Assembly: GCA_963669175.1 (NCBI GenBank)
Contig: OY769902.1
Location: 2,432,001-2,496,000, forward strand
Reading direction: 5' to 3'
Length of the DNA: 64,000 bases
Source of the DNA: a bacterium
GTDB taxonomy: Bacteria; Electryoneota; Electryoneia; Electryoneales; Electryoneaceae
Shown: positions 18,101 to 26,933 of the stretch, piece by piece
Layout of the letters: each line of letters begins with the position of its first letter
How positions within the stretch are numbered: position 1 is the first letter of the stretch
Notes under the pieces: generated by a model
What the model was told of the DNA's origin: nothing
The model's input: the letters and a program-made list of their open reading frames with translations, nothing else
Databases searched by the model: none
Program-made: the position numbers and the translations under genes

Positions 18101-19305
18101 CCCTTGGCGCCATAGGCAAGGGCCAGGTTAGCCTCCGCACGGAATTCCGGTTCTGTTTTTCGTCGGTAACTTTTTTGAAGAAGGTCATCCATTATGTTGT
18201 AGTCATGGTAAATTCGATCTGGCATCATCATATACCAGTATTCTTTATTGCGCCCACCATCCCCTTGAACAGCATCGTTATAGATTTTGGAGGCCACCCA
18301 TTGAATGCCATACATATACTGATGAATGTCTTTTTGATACGAACCACCGTCATATGTGGAGCCATAAGTTCGAGAAGAATCAGGCGATGAAGTATCAATA
18401 TTCCAATCTTTCATTGGCGTGCTATAGGTATAAAATACATCCCATCCGTTACACTCGTCAAAAAAATCTGATCCAATCCATGGAATCATCTTTCCGTATA
18501 CTTCCAGGGAGAAGAAAGGATCATTATCGTCAAGCTCAGTTCCTGCAATTTCATTGTAATACTCAATATCTTCGTAGTGATATACACCTTCACCAGTCGA
18601 TGAAATATCTGGGGATGGCCTGGATACACCTTCAAAGGTCAAAAAATTTGCAGGATTATTACCCGTTACAATTGGTGCATTGGGATTATCGCCCCGATAA
18701 GAACGAATATCGTCGATTATTTCATTCAGGAAAGGATAAACAACTGAAACATCTAATCTTGTGAATGGAGGATCCGCCCATCGCCTGAACGGTTCCTCAC
18801 CAAGCCAGAAACCACCAAAATATGGATCATACATGGCTTGTTTGGCAATGTTTCTATATCCAACTTTAATTAAATTCATATTAGAATATGATCTGGCACT
18901 AGTAGTAATTTTGTTACCCATTTGTTTGTACATATACATTTGAGTAGCGTAATTATATAATCCATCGGGATTAATATCACAGATAATAGCATGGTTGTTG
19001 CTACCATCAAGATCTAATTCTTTCCAGAAATGAAAGGGAAGTTTAGAATTGATGATAAATGTGCTATTAAAATATTCATAGATTTCTTGCTCGTTTCTCC
19101 TAACTTCCTGTTGATTTAAATAATCTTTATCAACAATAAGCATATAAAATTCATTTTTACTTGCAGGATAATTAACCATATCATGCATATCATACGGATG
19201 AAACAATCCCAAAGGAATATCCAGCGGTCTTTCCGCATTGGATAACTGCGTTAAAGCCAGTGATAAGAATGTAATCAGCCCAATGTACCTGATCAGACAC
19301 CTCAT
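15127..19305 (-). CDS. Large secreted protein (1392 aa): putative GH-like TIM barrel, parallel beta-helix, helical repeats, C-terminal T9SS/FlgD-like sorting domain
   Basis: Signal peptide; WLGEEP and R..ANLALAYGAKGLMMY; GTIASDTTWSGTVRITGNVTVSNGVTLTILPGT followed by beta-helix repeats; C-terminal PTEFALEPAYPNPFNP...SGVYF...KIVMVK; visibly AT-rich. Confidence 0.8.
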   Translation of the reverse strand: MRCLIRYIGLITFLSLALTQLSNAERPLDIPLGLFHPYDMHDMVNYPASKNEFYMLIVDKDYLNQQEVRRNEQEIYEYFNSTFIINSKLPFHFWKELDLDGSNNHAIICDINPDGLYNYATQMYMYKQMGNKITTSARSYSNMNLIKVGYRNIAKQAMYDPYFGGFWLGEEPFRRWADPPFTRLDVSVVYPFLNEIIDDIRSYRGDNPNAPIVTGNNPANFLTFEGVSRPSPDISSTGEGVYHYEDIEYYNEIAGTELDDNDPFFSLEVYGKMIPWIGSDFFDECNGWDVFYTYSTPMKDWNIDTSSPDSSRTYGSTYDGGSYQKDIHQYMYGIQWVASKIYNDAVQGDGGRNKEYWYMMMPDRIYHDYNIMDDLLQKSYRRKTEPEFRAEANLALAYGAKGLMMYSPASTYYYGTLNAIGEPDGYTRSIIDSVCNNEARDNMLWYGALDGTDYITNSLTNLRKPWTESNPENILHYPYYDTNVGEDAVYEISKAPYDYISHLYSPNGNYSRYSIRQELAYIRNLSWITACNSHEQIMKRALYPETYYQDLFDNNSYYDEATNRVHCTDINGDNATYPPIDYCIGHRDYRFQLYDIIGDQEYVYNGPDGHNYHQDFIFCYNSTIYVGFYKWPEKNVNEEYYYLVNTKTHQPSGDDFIAAGDQNIQLVFLSESSGLNDPLNGTTWEIVDVISEEVIDSFEYDCGIDTMDFIELEAGEGRIICARPKIAGLSGTIASDTTWSGTVRITGNVTVSNGVTLTILPGTRVLFDGKYMIKVFGRMVAVGTSSQRISFYPVEENPSGISWNGIIFQGGIKDEISTLEYCDIRDANIGVACMQQNEDLHIKYSTIKQCTYGIYKMYSYYTKFQESKIADCDYGIVDYYSSDNSWIRDCIVYNIERTGVDIRDGVNALLYGNTIQYCGYDGIELDNINQVNMRAGYFGNNPNIIRYNGYDDPNTYRGINASDCYFNNLLYTHIYENLGTGILLESQTSVNNNGSYSNELILANNALELERGMLPNIYNSQVLVNNGCSWNFYNRNYDFIDKYSTDATPTDATYMIAMLESGTHDVSGNYFGNADGNFDYTEIPNNYYFFTVTSSPPTYIVCNQANTNTSNTDSVYWQIFEVDDSPQSMLDLAYSLMDSAEAQAEVEDILDELIELRFAPALRAMCCLKREMNEDAGDIASYLDGIPCDTVDTAFNMEIEFAKASSYLMFADFPSARNTYENMLLEDIEVPDSIRAELGLANTDLLELAEEEIINAGLHVQGLGTPLTRRITVEDRIGELRAALYNFYNGIRTRAERPLPTEFALEPAYPNPFNPSVTVPYALPKTADVQLTVYNVLGQRVVQLVNRKMNAGYHQVIWDGRSQAGLPVASGVYFVTMEAGSYIKTQKIVMVK

Positions 19306-19340
19306 AACCCCCCCTTTTGTACACTGAAAATTGTTTTCTT

Positions 19341-21119
19341 TTATCGAACCAGCGTTACTTTTCTTGCTACGGTTGCATTGGTCGCAAGGCTGCGAAGTTG
19401 AACCAGGTACACACCAGAAGCATACTCGTTCGCCTGCCAGCGCCAGTTTCCCCGGCCGGATTGGGATACCTGTATCGTGTCTTTATGCACACTTTCACCG
19501 AGAAGATTGAACACGGTGAATTCATACCGGCCCGGCGCATCAATGTCATACTGTACGGTTACCGAAGAGTTGAAGGGATCAGGGTAGGCATTTACAATCG
19601 AAAAAGCCCTGGGAGAGTTAACTATGTTTGGAGACTCTTGTACCGGGTAGTCTTCTTCGGAAACCACCGTTTGTGTCATCAGGAATGCGCCGAAATAGCT
19701 ACCATCAGATTGATAGGCACAATACCAAGCCGTCAGAAATGTATCCGGAGCGCTTTTTATTGTACATAATCGGTCTGCTGGATAGATAGCGGGATTACAT
19801 AAAGAATCCGCTTCAATACCCCAGGGAAGTTCTCCCTCCCGGGATACCATCTGCGCATATGGGAATATTTGACCACGCTGGTCCCTGAAAGTGAACAACT
19901 GATAATAAGGTTCGGCAAACATTTGTGTTGCATGAGCATAAGTAACTTCACCTACATCCCATGGGGACGGGTATAACGGTTGACCATCGTAGGAACATAT
20001 ATATAGATGATTTAAATATGTTATTTCAGGATTAAATGTCAAACATACGATATATACAAAAAAACCATCTGTTGCGATATCAGCATTGCCTGTAAAACAC
20101 TGCACATCGAATGACGGATCATCAGACAACTGTCCGCCGAGAAGGAGGGTTCCGTGGGGACCATTCCGGACCAGTCCGTCCGGCCCAATATAAAAGTAAC
20201 GAAGCTCATCCACGCTTCCATTGCCGATACAATACCCGCCATTGGGAAAAGCCACTACATTGTAAGAATGGCAACTGTAATAATGTTCATTCTCTTCATC
20301 ATACGTGCTTCTGTGAATGATCGTCGGATTGTCTTCCCAGAAAACCTGCCCGTTAAGATTGACATATCGCGCCATCAGGCTGTCATGAATTTCCGTAAAA
20401 AAAGCCACACCATTGAAGGGCGATGTTACCGCGCGGCAGGTTCCCACCATGGCATCCAGATCAGGAGATACCCGGACATTGCGCCAGACCACTTCGCCAT
20501 CCGAAGTGACTCGATGCGCCATCATATACGCTATATCCTGACCATTTTCCACAGTTCCATAGTAATGCCCAACAATGATACCACCAACTCCATCAGAGGT
20601 TGTAGCCCGCCACCATTGGGTCTGCATAAAATTGGAATCTGTAGAATCATTCAGTGTGAGTTGAATGCCACGGGGACCGAAGAGACGTTCCCCTTCAGGG
20701 GAGAACCGTTGCACCCAGATGGCGTTGTTTCTTGCTTCGGTGCGTTTGCCCTCAAACACCACATAGACCTCCCCGCCCGGTGCGGGAACACAGGCGCCGA
20801 AATAGAACGCATACATCGAATCGGGATCTGCGACGAAGATGCCCTCTTCCGGCCACAACACTTCGCCGTTCCGGTTGATGTGCTGCACCTTGCATCGGGG
20901 TTCACCTGTTGCATCAGGATCATAACTGGTAAAATATACCAGGTAACACCCGCCGCTACTGTCCGGGACAAGGCCAAAGCGACTGTATATCGCGCTGTTG
21001 TAAGGAGTTACCTGCGTTCCGGAAGGCAGCCACTCGGCAAGCGCTGACAGGGAAATGGTAACAAGAAGGAATGCCACCGAAATGGCGATTCCTGGTTTGT
21101 TGTGAGAAAGATACATCAT
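19341..21119 (-). CDS. Secreted beta-propeller-like protein with T9SS-type C-terminal sorting domain
   Basis: Signal peptide; repeated PDxxGG / VQxxxxxGxxxW motifs; C-terminal AYPDPFNS...ASGVYLV...KVTLVR. Confidence 0.78.
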   Translation of the reverse strand: MMYLSHNKPGIAISVAFLLVTISLSALAEWLPSGTQVTPYNSAIYSRFGLVPDSSGGCYLVYFTSYDPDATGEPRCKVQHINRNGEVLWPEEGIFVADPDSMYAFYFGACVPAPGGEVYVVFEGKRTEARNNAIWVQRFSPEGERLFGPRGIQLTLNDSTDSNFMQTQWWRATTSDGVGGIIVGHYYGTVENGQDIAYMMAHRVTSDGEVVWRNVRVSPDLDAMVGTCRAVTSPFNGVAFFTEIHDSLMARYVNLNGQVFWEDNPTIIHRSTYDEENEHYYSCHSYNVVAFPNGGYCIGNGSVDELRYFYIGPDGLVRNGPHGTLLLGGQLSDDPSFDVQCFTGNADIATDGFFVYIVCLTFNPEITYLNHLYICSYDGQPLYPSPWDVGEVTYAHATQMFAEPYYQLFTFRDQRGQIFPYAQMVSREGELPWGIEADSLCNPAIYPADRLCTIKSAPDTFLTAWYCAYQSDGSYFGAFLMTQTVVSEEDYPVQESPNIVNSPRAFSIVNAYPDPFNSSVTVQYDIDAPGRYEFTVFNLLGESVHKDTIQVSQSGRGNWRWQANEYASGVYLVQLRSLATNATVARKVTLVR

Positions 21120-21288
21120 TATAAATCCTCGATTTCAGGCTATTAATCTAAACTGGGAAAGATGAAATCATCGTATCCTGTATTAAACTATACTCTGAAA
21201 ACTGTTGATAGCAACGATGACAACGGAGAAAACTTGAAAAGTTTATGGCGCTGGCTATCTCATAGAGCAAAGTACGGGATAGAGTTTT

Positions 21289-21326
21289 AAAAAGACTGCC
21301 ACCCCTGGATAACAGAAGTGGCAGTT
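21289..21326 (-). terminator. Intrinsic terminator downstream of aspA
   Basis: Minus strand ACTGCCAC...GTGGCAGT stem followed by CTTTTT. Confidence 0.6.
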
Positions 21327-21467
21327 CTAAATGTACAATCTATCAAAACTTCAACACAATCAAAACTATAGGTAAACACGAGCGAAACGGTTTTTTTGAA
21401 GTGTCTGAAAAGCAATTGCCCAAGAATGAAGAAAAAAATACTAACAGACGCTACAGGTTAAACTAGA

Positions 21468-23336
21468 TCACGTCAACTTATGTGGCTTGATCATGTTTTC
21501 CGGTTTCAGCATCTCGTCGAGTTCTTCCTTGCTGAGCAGGTTCCGTTCCAGTACCAGTTCGTAGACACCACGTCCGGTTTCGAGGGCTTCCTTGGCGATT
21601 TCGCTGGAGGTCTCGTAGCCGAGCACCGGGTTCAGCGCGGTAACCAGTCCGATGGAGTGTTCCACCTGGGCGCGGCAGACGTCTTCGTTGGCGGTGATGC
21701 CGTTGATGCAACGGTGGATCAGGGTCGTGATGCCGTTTTTCAACATTTCCTGGGATTCGAACAGGCTCTGTACGATCACCGGTTCCATCACATTCAGCTC
21801 GAGCTGGCCCGCTTCAGCCGCCATAGTTACCGTCAGGTCGTTGCCGATCACCTTGAAAGCGATCTGGTTGACCACTTCCGGGATGACCGGGTTGACCTTG
21901 CCGGGCATGATGGAGGAGCCGGGCTGCATCTTGGGCAGGTTGATCTCGTTGATCCCGGCGCGTGGGCCGCTGGAAAGCAGGCGCAGGTCATTGCTGATCT
22001 TGGACAGCTTGACCGCGAGACGTTTGATCGCGGAGCTATACATGACAAATGCGCCGGTGTCCTGCGTCGCTTCGACCAGGTTCTTGGCAAGGTTGACTTC
22101 CAGCCCGGTAATGTCACGTAAATGCTCAATCACCTTCTGCGGATACTCCGGGTCGGCGTTCAGGCCGGTGCCGATGGCCGTACCACCCATATTCAGCTCG
22201 AGGAACAGGTCGGCGATCTGGGTGAGACGATGAATTTCTTCTTCAATCGTCTCCGCATACGCCTCGAAGGTCTGGCCCAGTGTCATGGGCACGGCATCCT
22301 GCAACTGCGTGCGTCCCATTTTCAGGATATGGGCGAACTCTTCCGCCTTCTTCCGCAACGCTACCTCGAACTGACGCAACACCTTGACCAGCGCATGGTT
22401 GGCGTTGATCAACGCGACTTTCATCGCGGAAGGATAAGCGTCGTTGGTAGATTGCGACAGGTTGACATGGTTGTTCGGGTGGCAGTTCTGGTAATCGCCC
22501 TTTTCGTAGCCGAGGATTTCCAGCGCACGGTTAGCAATGACTTCGTTGGCGTTCATGTTAGTCGAGGTACCCGCGCCGCCTTGAATCATGTCCACGACAA
22601 AATGAGTGTGGAATTTCCCCTGCATGATCTCGCCGCAAGCCTGCACGATGGCGTCGTTGATCGGCTTGGACAACAGGCCCAGGTCATGGTTGGCGCGTGA
22701 CGCCGCCATCTTGATCGCCGCCAGGGCTTCAATGATGTTCGGGTAATGAGTCAGCGAGATGCCGCTGATGGGGAAGTTTTCCAGGGCGCGCAGGGTCTGG
22801 ATACCGTAGTAGAACTCAAAGGGCACATCACGGTAGCCCAGCAGGTCGTGCTCTTTGCGGGTACGTCCGGAGACATACTGCGCTCCAGCATCGGCAACAC
22901 GTGTGGAAGTGTGGCGCATGCGACGGCTGATCACTCGAGCCGCGCGGGACAGCACTTTGTGTCCGATTCCCGGTTCTGTGATGACAAGCTCGTTGAATTT
23001 TTCACGGTTCAGCGATAAAAGCGTCGATTTCAACATGGCGCGGCAGGAGGTGGAATGGGGATAATCATCCATCAAGGCGCCTTCACCCAGGAAATCGAAC
23101 TTGCGGAAAAATGACAACCGTTTTTCTTCACCAAAAGGTGTGCGTTTGAACAACTCTACTTCACCGTTATAGATGACATGCACATAGACGCGAGGAGCAT
23201 TTTCGGTAAAAATTACATCACCCGTATCGTATTCTAAGGTATCAACCATGGAAAGCAGACTGGAGAGTTCACGTTCGTCCAAGTCCTGGAACAGCTCAAC
23301 CTGACCAAGAAAATCTAGTTTACGCTTGGTTTCCAT
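21468..23336 (-). CDS. aspA: Aspartate ammonia-lyase with N-terminal cyclic-nucleotide-binding domain
   Basis: Fumarase/aspartase motifs (YYGIQTLRALENF, GGAGTSTNMNANEV, KMGRTQLQDAVP, GSSIMPGKVNPVIPE, GQLELNVMEP); first ~145 aa are Crp-type cNMP fold (LF.DL, GDVIF.E, G.V, FLGE.AL). Confidence 0.92.
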   Translation of the reverse strand: METKRKLDFLGQVELFQDLDERELSSLLSMVDTLEYDTGDVIFTENAPRVYVHVIYNGEVELFKRTPFGEEKRLSFFRKFDFLGEGALMDDYPHSTSCRAMLKSTLLSLNREKFNELVITEPGIGHKVLSRAARVISRRMRHTSTRVADAGAQYVSGRTRKEHDLLGYRDVPFEFYYGIQTLRALENFPISGISLTHYPNIIEALAAIKMAASRANHDLGLLSKPINDAIVQACGEIMQGKFHTHFVVDMIQGGAGTSTNMNANEVIANRALEILGYEKGDYQNCHPNNHVNLSQSTNDAYPSAMKVALINANHALVKVLRQFEVALRKKAEEFAHILKMGRTQLQDAVPMTLGQTFEAYAETIEEEIHRLTQIADLFLELNMGGTAIGTGLNADPEYPQKVIEHLRDITGLEVNLAKNLVEATQDTGAFVMYSSAIKRLAVKLSKISNDLRLLSSGPRAGINEINLPKMQPGSSIMPGKVNPVIPEVVNQIAFKVIGNDLTVTMAAEAGQLELNVMEPVIVQSLFESQEMLKNGITTLIHRCINGITANEDVCRAQVEHSIGLVTALNPVLGYETSSEIAKEALETGRGVYELVLERNLLSKEELDEMLKPENMIKPHKLT

Positions 23337-23441
23337 CCTTTACTCCCGTCCGTTAAATGAAGAATCAACATGCATCGAAAATACGAGTAGCTATCGTCGA
23401 TTGAAAGCAGAGCAGGAGAACCCGTTCTCCCCAACTTCGAT

Positions 23442-23470
23442 TTGCACCTCACCACCCCTCAGCTTATCTT
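23442..23470 (+). promoter_or_regulatory. Sigma70-type promoter of the pyr operon
   Basis: TTGCAC-N17-TATCTT, ~145 bp upstream of pyrR. Confidence 0.5.
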
Positions 23471-23615
23471 CACACTAATTTGGACGTTAGAAGGTGCTTT
23501 GGTGCAAGCGACTGAAAATGCAGTATTTATATTTTCTTAGAGAATTTACCCCGCCGAGTACAGAATAAACCGGGGAATCGAACGGAACTGGTGAACATCA
23601 AGCCTTGGGTGAACC

Positions 23616-24170
23616 ATGAGTGAGAAAAAGAACGTGGTCATGGACGCAACCGCGATGAAGCGTAGTATTCGCCGGTTGGCCAGTGAGATCGTTGAACGGA
23701 ACCAGGGTATAGAAAACATCGGCCTGCTTGGGGTACGGACACGGGGTGTGTATGTCGCCCGTCGTATTGCCAAGGAAATTGAAAAGATCGAAGACACCAA
23801 TCTCCCGATCGGGGTGCTTGATATTACCCTGTACCGGGATGATTTCCGGATTCGGAAGGTAGGCCCGGGTGTGCAGGTCACGGACATTCCTTTTGACCCG
23901 GATGGCAAGACAGTGATTCTGATTGACGATGTTCTTTATACGGGACGCACCAGCCGTGCCGCGCTGGATGCCTTGATGGATTACGGTCGTCCGGGACGTG
24001 TGCAGCTTGCGGTTCTGGTAGACCGTGGACATCGTGAATTGCCGATAAAAGCTGATTTTGTTGGGATGAACATTCCGACAACATCAGGTGAAAACGTAAA
24101 AGTGCTCATGAAAGAGCAGGATGGGGAAGATGCTGTAATCCTGCTCGCAAAAGATACTTCGGAGAGCTAA
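23616..24170 (+). CDS. pyrR: Bifunctional pyr operon regulator / uracil phosphoribosyltransferase
   Basis: LDITLYRDD, VILIDDVLYTGRT.RAALDAL, LAVLVDRGHRELPI.ADFVG. Confidence 0.95.
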   Translation: MSEKKNVVMDATAMKRSIRRLASEIVERNQGIENIGLLGVRTRGVYVARRIAKEIEKIEDTNLPIGVLDITLYRDDFRIRKVGPGVQVTDIPFDPDGKTVILIDDVLYTGRTSRAALDALMDYGRPGRVQLAVLVDRGHRELPIKADFVGMNIPTTSGENVKVLMKEQDGEDAVILLAKDTSES

Positions 24171-24171
24171 G

Positions 24172-25107
24172 ATGCCGCTTTCCACCCGTCACCTCCTTGG
24201 CCTGGAGGGGATGAGCGCGGAGGACATCCAGAAGATCCTGGATGCAGCGGTGACGTTCAAAGAGATTCTGGAACGTCCCATTCCCAAAGTGCCCACCCTT
24301 CGCCACGTGACCGTGGTCAACCTGTTTTTCGAAAATTCCACTCGTACTCGTGTCAGTTTTGAACTCGCTCAAAAGCGGCTCAGTGCGGATGTCGTGAATT
24401 TTTCCGCGTCAACCTCGTCTGTGAGTAAAGGCGAATCGCTCATCGATACGGTGAAAAATATCGAAGCGATGAAGATCGACATGGTGGTGATGCGTCACCC
24501 CATGCCCGGTGCGCCTTTGCTGCTGACGCGCCATTGTACCTCGAAAGTGGTCAATGCCGGTGACGGTACCCATGAACATCCCACCCAGGCGCTCCTGGAC
24601 ATGATGACCATGCGGGAAACCTTCGGCAGCTTCGAAGGCTTGCGGGTTACTATCGTGGGCGATATCGCGCACAGTCGTGTGGCGTTGTCCAACATTCATG
24701 GCCTCAAGGCCATGGGCGCAGAAGTAGCCGTATGCGGACCGCCGACACTTATGCCGCGTCACCTGCAACGGCTCGGGGTCAAGATGTATACCGACCTCGA
24801 TGAAGCGATCGCCAATTCCGACTGCCTCAACGTGTTGCGTATTCAGCTCGAACGGCAGAAGACCGGCCTGTTCCCTTCAATCCGGGAATATCGCGCCAAC
24901 TTCGGGATTACACGCGAGCGTCTGGACAAGGCGAGGCGAGACCTGGTAATTATGCACCCCGGCCCGATGAACCGTGGGGTGGAAATCGATACGGATGTAG
25001 CGGACAGCCCGCAGAGCGTGATCCTGCAACAGGTCACCAACGGTGTGGCGGTTCGGATGGCAGTGTTGTTCCTGCTGGCAGGAGGTGAACGTGAGCTGGT
25101 CGACTAG
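24172..25107 (+). CDS. pyrB: Aspartate carbamoyltransferase catalytic subunit
   Basis: FFENSTRTR, NAGDG.HEHPTQALLD, HPGPMNRG. Confidence 0.97.
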   Translation: MPLSTRHLLGLEGMSAEDIQKILDAAVTFKEILERPIPKVPTLRHVTVVNLFFENSTRTRVSFELAQKRLSADVVNFSASTSSVSKGESLIDTVKNIEAMKIDMVVMRHPMPGAPLLLTRHCTSKVVNAGDGTHEHPTQALLDMMTMRETFGSFEGLRVTIVGDIAHSRVALSNIHGLKAMGAEVAVCGPPTLMPRHLQRLGVKMYTDLDEAIANSDCLNVLRIQLERQKTGLFPSIREYRANFGITRERLDKARRDLVIMHPGPMNRGVEIDTDVADSPQSVILQQVTNGVAVRMAVLFLLAGGERELVD

Positions 25108-26446
25108 ACAAGTAGCGGATCTGATGAGCGAACGCGGCTGGTATGCTGCCAAGTCCGCCCTGGTCGCGTTACAGGGCGCACGTGTCATCGACCCGGCTTC
25201 GGACCTTGACACGGTTACTGACCTGCTCATCGATAAAGGTAAAATCGTCAAAATCGGATCGTTGACCAAGAGCGATCTGAAAGACGCGAAAGTGATCGAC
25301 CTTGAGGGGAAGATTGTTGCCCCGGGGTTCTTCGATATGCACGTTCACCTGCGTGAACCGGGCCGTGAAGACAAGGAAACCATCTTCACCGGCACCACCG
25401 CCGCTGCGGCGGGCGGCTTCACCGGGCTTTGCTGCATGCCCAACACAAACCCGACGCTGGACAATACCGGTGTGGTTCGCTGGGTGTTTGACCTGGCTTC
25501 CGGATCTCCGGTTTCGGTGTATCCTGTCGCGGCGATTACCAAGGGACGTGAAGGCAAAGAGCTGACCGAGATCAGCGACCTGTACCACGCCGGGGTACGC
25601 ATGCTGTCTGATGACGGCGACCCCGTGCTGGATGCCGGAGTTATGCGTCGCGCGCTGGAGTACAGCTCCATGCATGATATGGTCATCTCGACCCATTCAG
25701 AAGACCCGAACCTGGCCGGTGATGGTGTGATGCGTGAAGGCGAAATGTCCACACGTCTTGGCCTGAAACCCTGGCCGTCCCTGGCGGAATCGGTCATGGT
25801 CGCGCGTGATGTGCAGCTCGCCGGGTTTACCGGGGGACGTCTGCACGTGGGCCACATCTCCAGCAAAGAGTCCATCGATATGGTCCGTTGGGCCAAGAAG
25901 CAGGGCTACAAGGTTACCGCTGAGGCCACGCCGCATCATATCGCGCTGACCGATGAAGCGTGCGCGACTTACGATCCCAACTTCAAGATGAACCCGCCGC
26001 TCGGAACCGATGAGGACCGTCTGGCGGTGCTGCAAGGCTTGAAAGACGGGACCATTGACTGTATCTCGACTGATCATGCACCGCATACCATCGAAGACAA
26101 GCTGCACGAGTTCGACCGTGCGCCCAACGGCATCATCGGGCTGGAAACCTCGGTCGGTATTATCGCAAAAGAGCTGGTGCGTAAGGATATGTGGGACTGG
26201 GTGGATGTGGTCAAACACATGGCGATCAACCCGCGCAAGATCCTGCGTCTGAAACCGGCCTACATCAAGGAAGGCGCCCCGGCGGAACTGACCCTGATCG
26301 ACCCGAACCATACTTGGACCGTGGAACCGAAGAAGTTCTTCAGCAAAGCACGCAACACACCGTTCGGCGGTTGGGAACTCCCGGCCATGCCCATCGGGAT
26401 CCTGAATCGGGGGTGGATGCTAATTGCACCCCATGTGGTGGAGTAG
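25091..26446 (+). CDS. pyrC: Dihydroorotase
   Basis: DMHVHLREPG, MPNTNP, KMNPPL, TDHAPH; GTG start 25091 after GGAGG. Confidence 0.95.
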   Translation: MSWSTRQVADLMSERGWYAAKSALVALQGARVIDPASDLDTVTDLLIDKGKIVKIGSLTKSDLKDAKVIDLEGKIVAPGFFDMHVHLREPGREDKETIFTGTTAAAAGGFTGLCCMPNTNPTLDNTGVVRWVFDLASGSPVSVYPVAAITKGREGKELTEISDLYHAGVRMLSDDGDPVLDAGVMRRALEYSSMHDMVISTHSEDPNLAGDGVMREGEMSTRLGLKPWPSLAESVMVARDVQLAGFTGGRLHVGHISSKESIDMVRWAKKQGYKVTAEATPHHIALTDEACATYDPNFKMNPPLGTDEDRLAVLQGLKDGTIDCISTDHAPHTIEDKLHEFDRAPNGIIGLETSVGIIAKELVRKDMWDWVDVVKHMAINPRKILRLKPAYIKEGAPAELTLIDPNHTWTVEPKKFFSKARNTPFGGWELPAMPIGILNRGWMLIAPHVVE

Positions 26447-26548
26447 AAGTGATTCTCTTTCGAAATATGGCCCGGCTTTAATAGTCGGGTTTTATATTTG
26501 TGCTGTGTATACAAGGCGGAAGGATGGATAGAGTTTGATTGAAAAGAG

Positions 26549-26565
26549 TTAACCTTAGAGGTTAA
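26549..26565. promoter_or_regulatory. Palindromic operator upstream of the toxin-antitoxin pair
   Basis: TTAACCT-TAG-AGGTTAA, between a TTGAAA -35-like box and an AT-rich -10 region. Confidence 0.65.
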
Positions 26566-26591
26566 TAAAATATTTGCATAGTGGACTTAAT

Positions 26592-26933
26592 ATGGATATC
26601 TTATACAAGAGCCAGAAACTCAGGAAAACCTGCAATAGCATCAAAGACCTGACGAAAACTTATGGTCCTGATCAGGCGAAGGTGATCAGGCGGCGACAGG
26701 ATCAGCTACGTGCAGCTACATGCCTTGCAGACATACGAAATCTGCCGGGACATTGGCATGAGTTGACAGGGGATCGGGCTGGGACACTTGCCGTAAATCT
26801 GCGAGGTCTTACACGAATGATTTTCGAAGTGGCTGATGAACCGGTTCCGTTACTGGATGATGGTGGTTTAGACTGGAAAAGTGTGACTTCAATACGCATT
26901 CTTGAAGTGGGGGTTGACTATCATGGTGACTGA
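26592..26933 (+). CDS. HigB/RelE-like toxin (plasmid maintenance killer type)
   Basis: ~113 aa; L.AA..L.D, HELTGDRAG..AVNL....RMIFE, C-terminal DYH; toxin-first gene order. Confidence 0.8.
   Translation: MDILYKSQKLRKTCNSIKDLTKTYGPDQAKVIRRRQDQLRAATCLADIRNLPGHWHELTGDRAGTLAVNLRGLTRMIFEVADEPVPLLDDGGLDWKSVTSIRILEVGVDYHGD

Noticed and set aside
23471-23615. PyrR-binding attenuator in the pyrR leader
   Set aside because: No ARUCCAGAGAGGYU-like binding loop or U-tailed terminator is visible; only a weak CCCCG...CGGGG stem.
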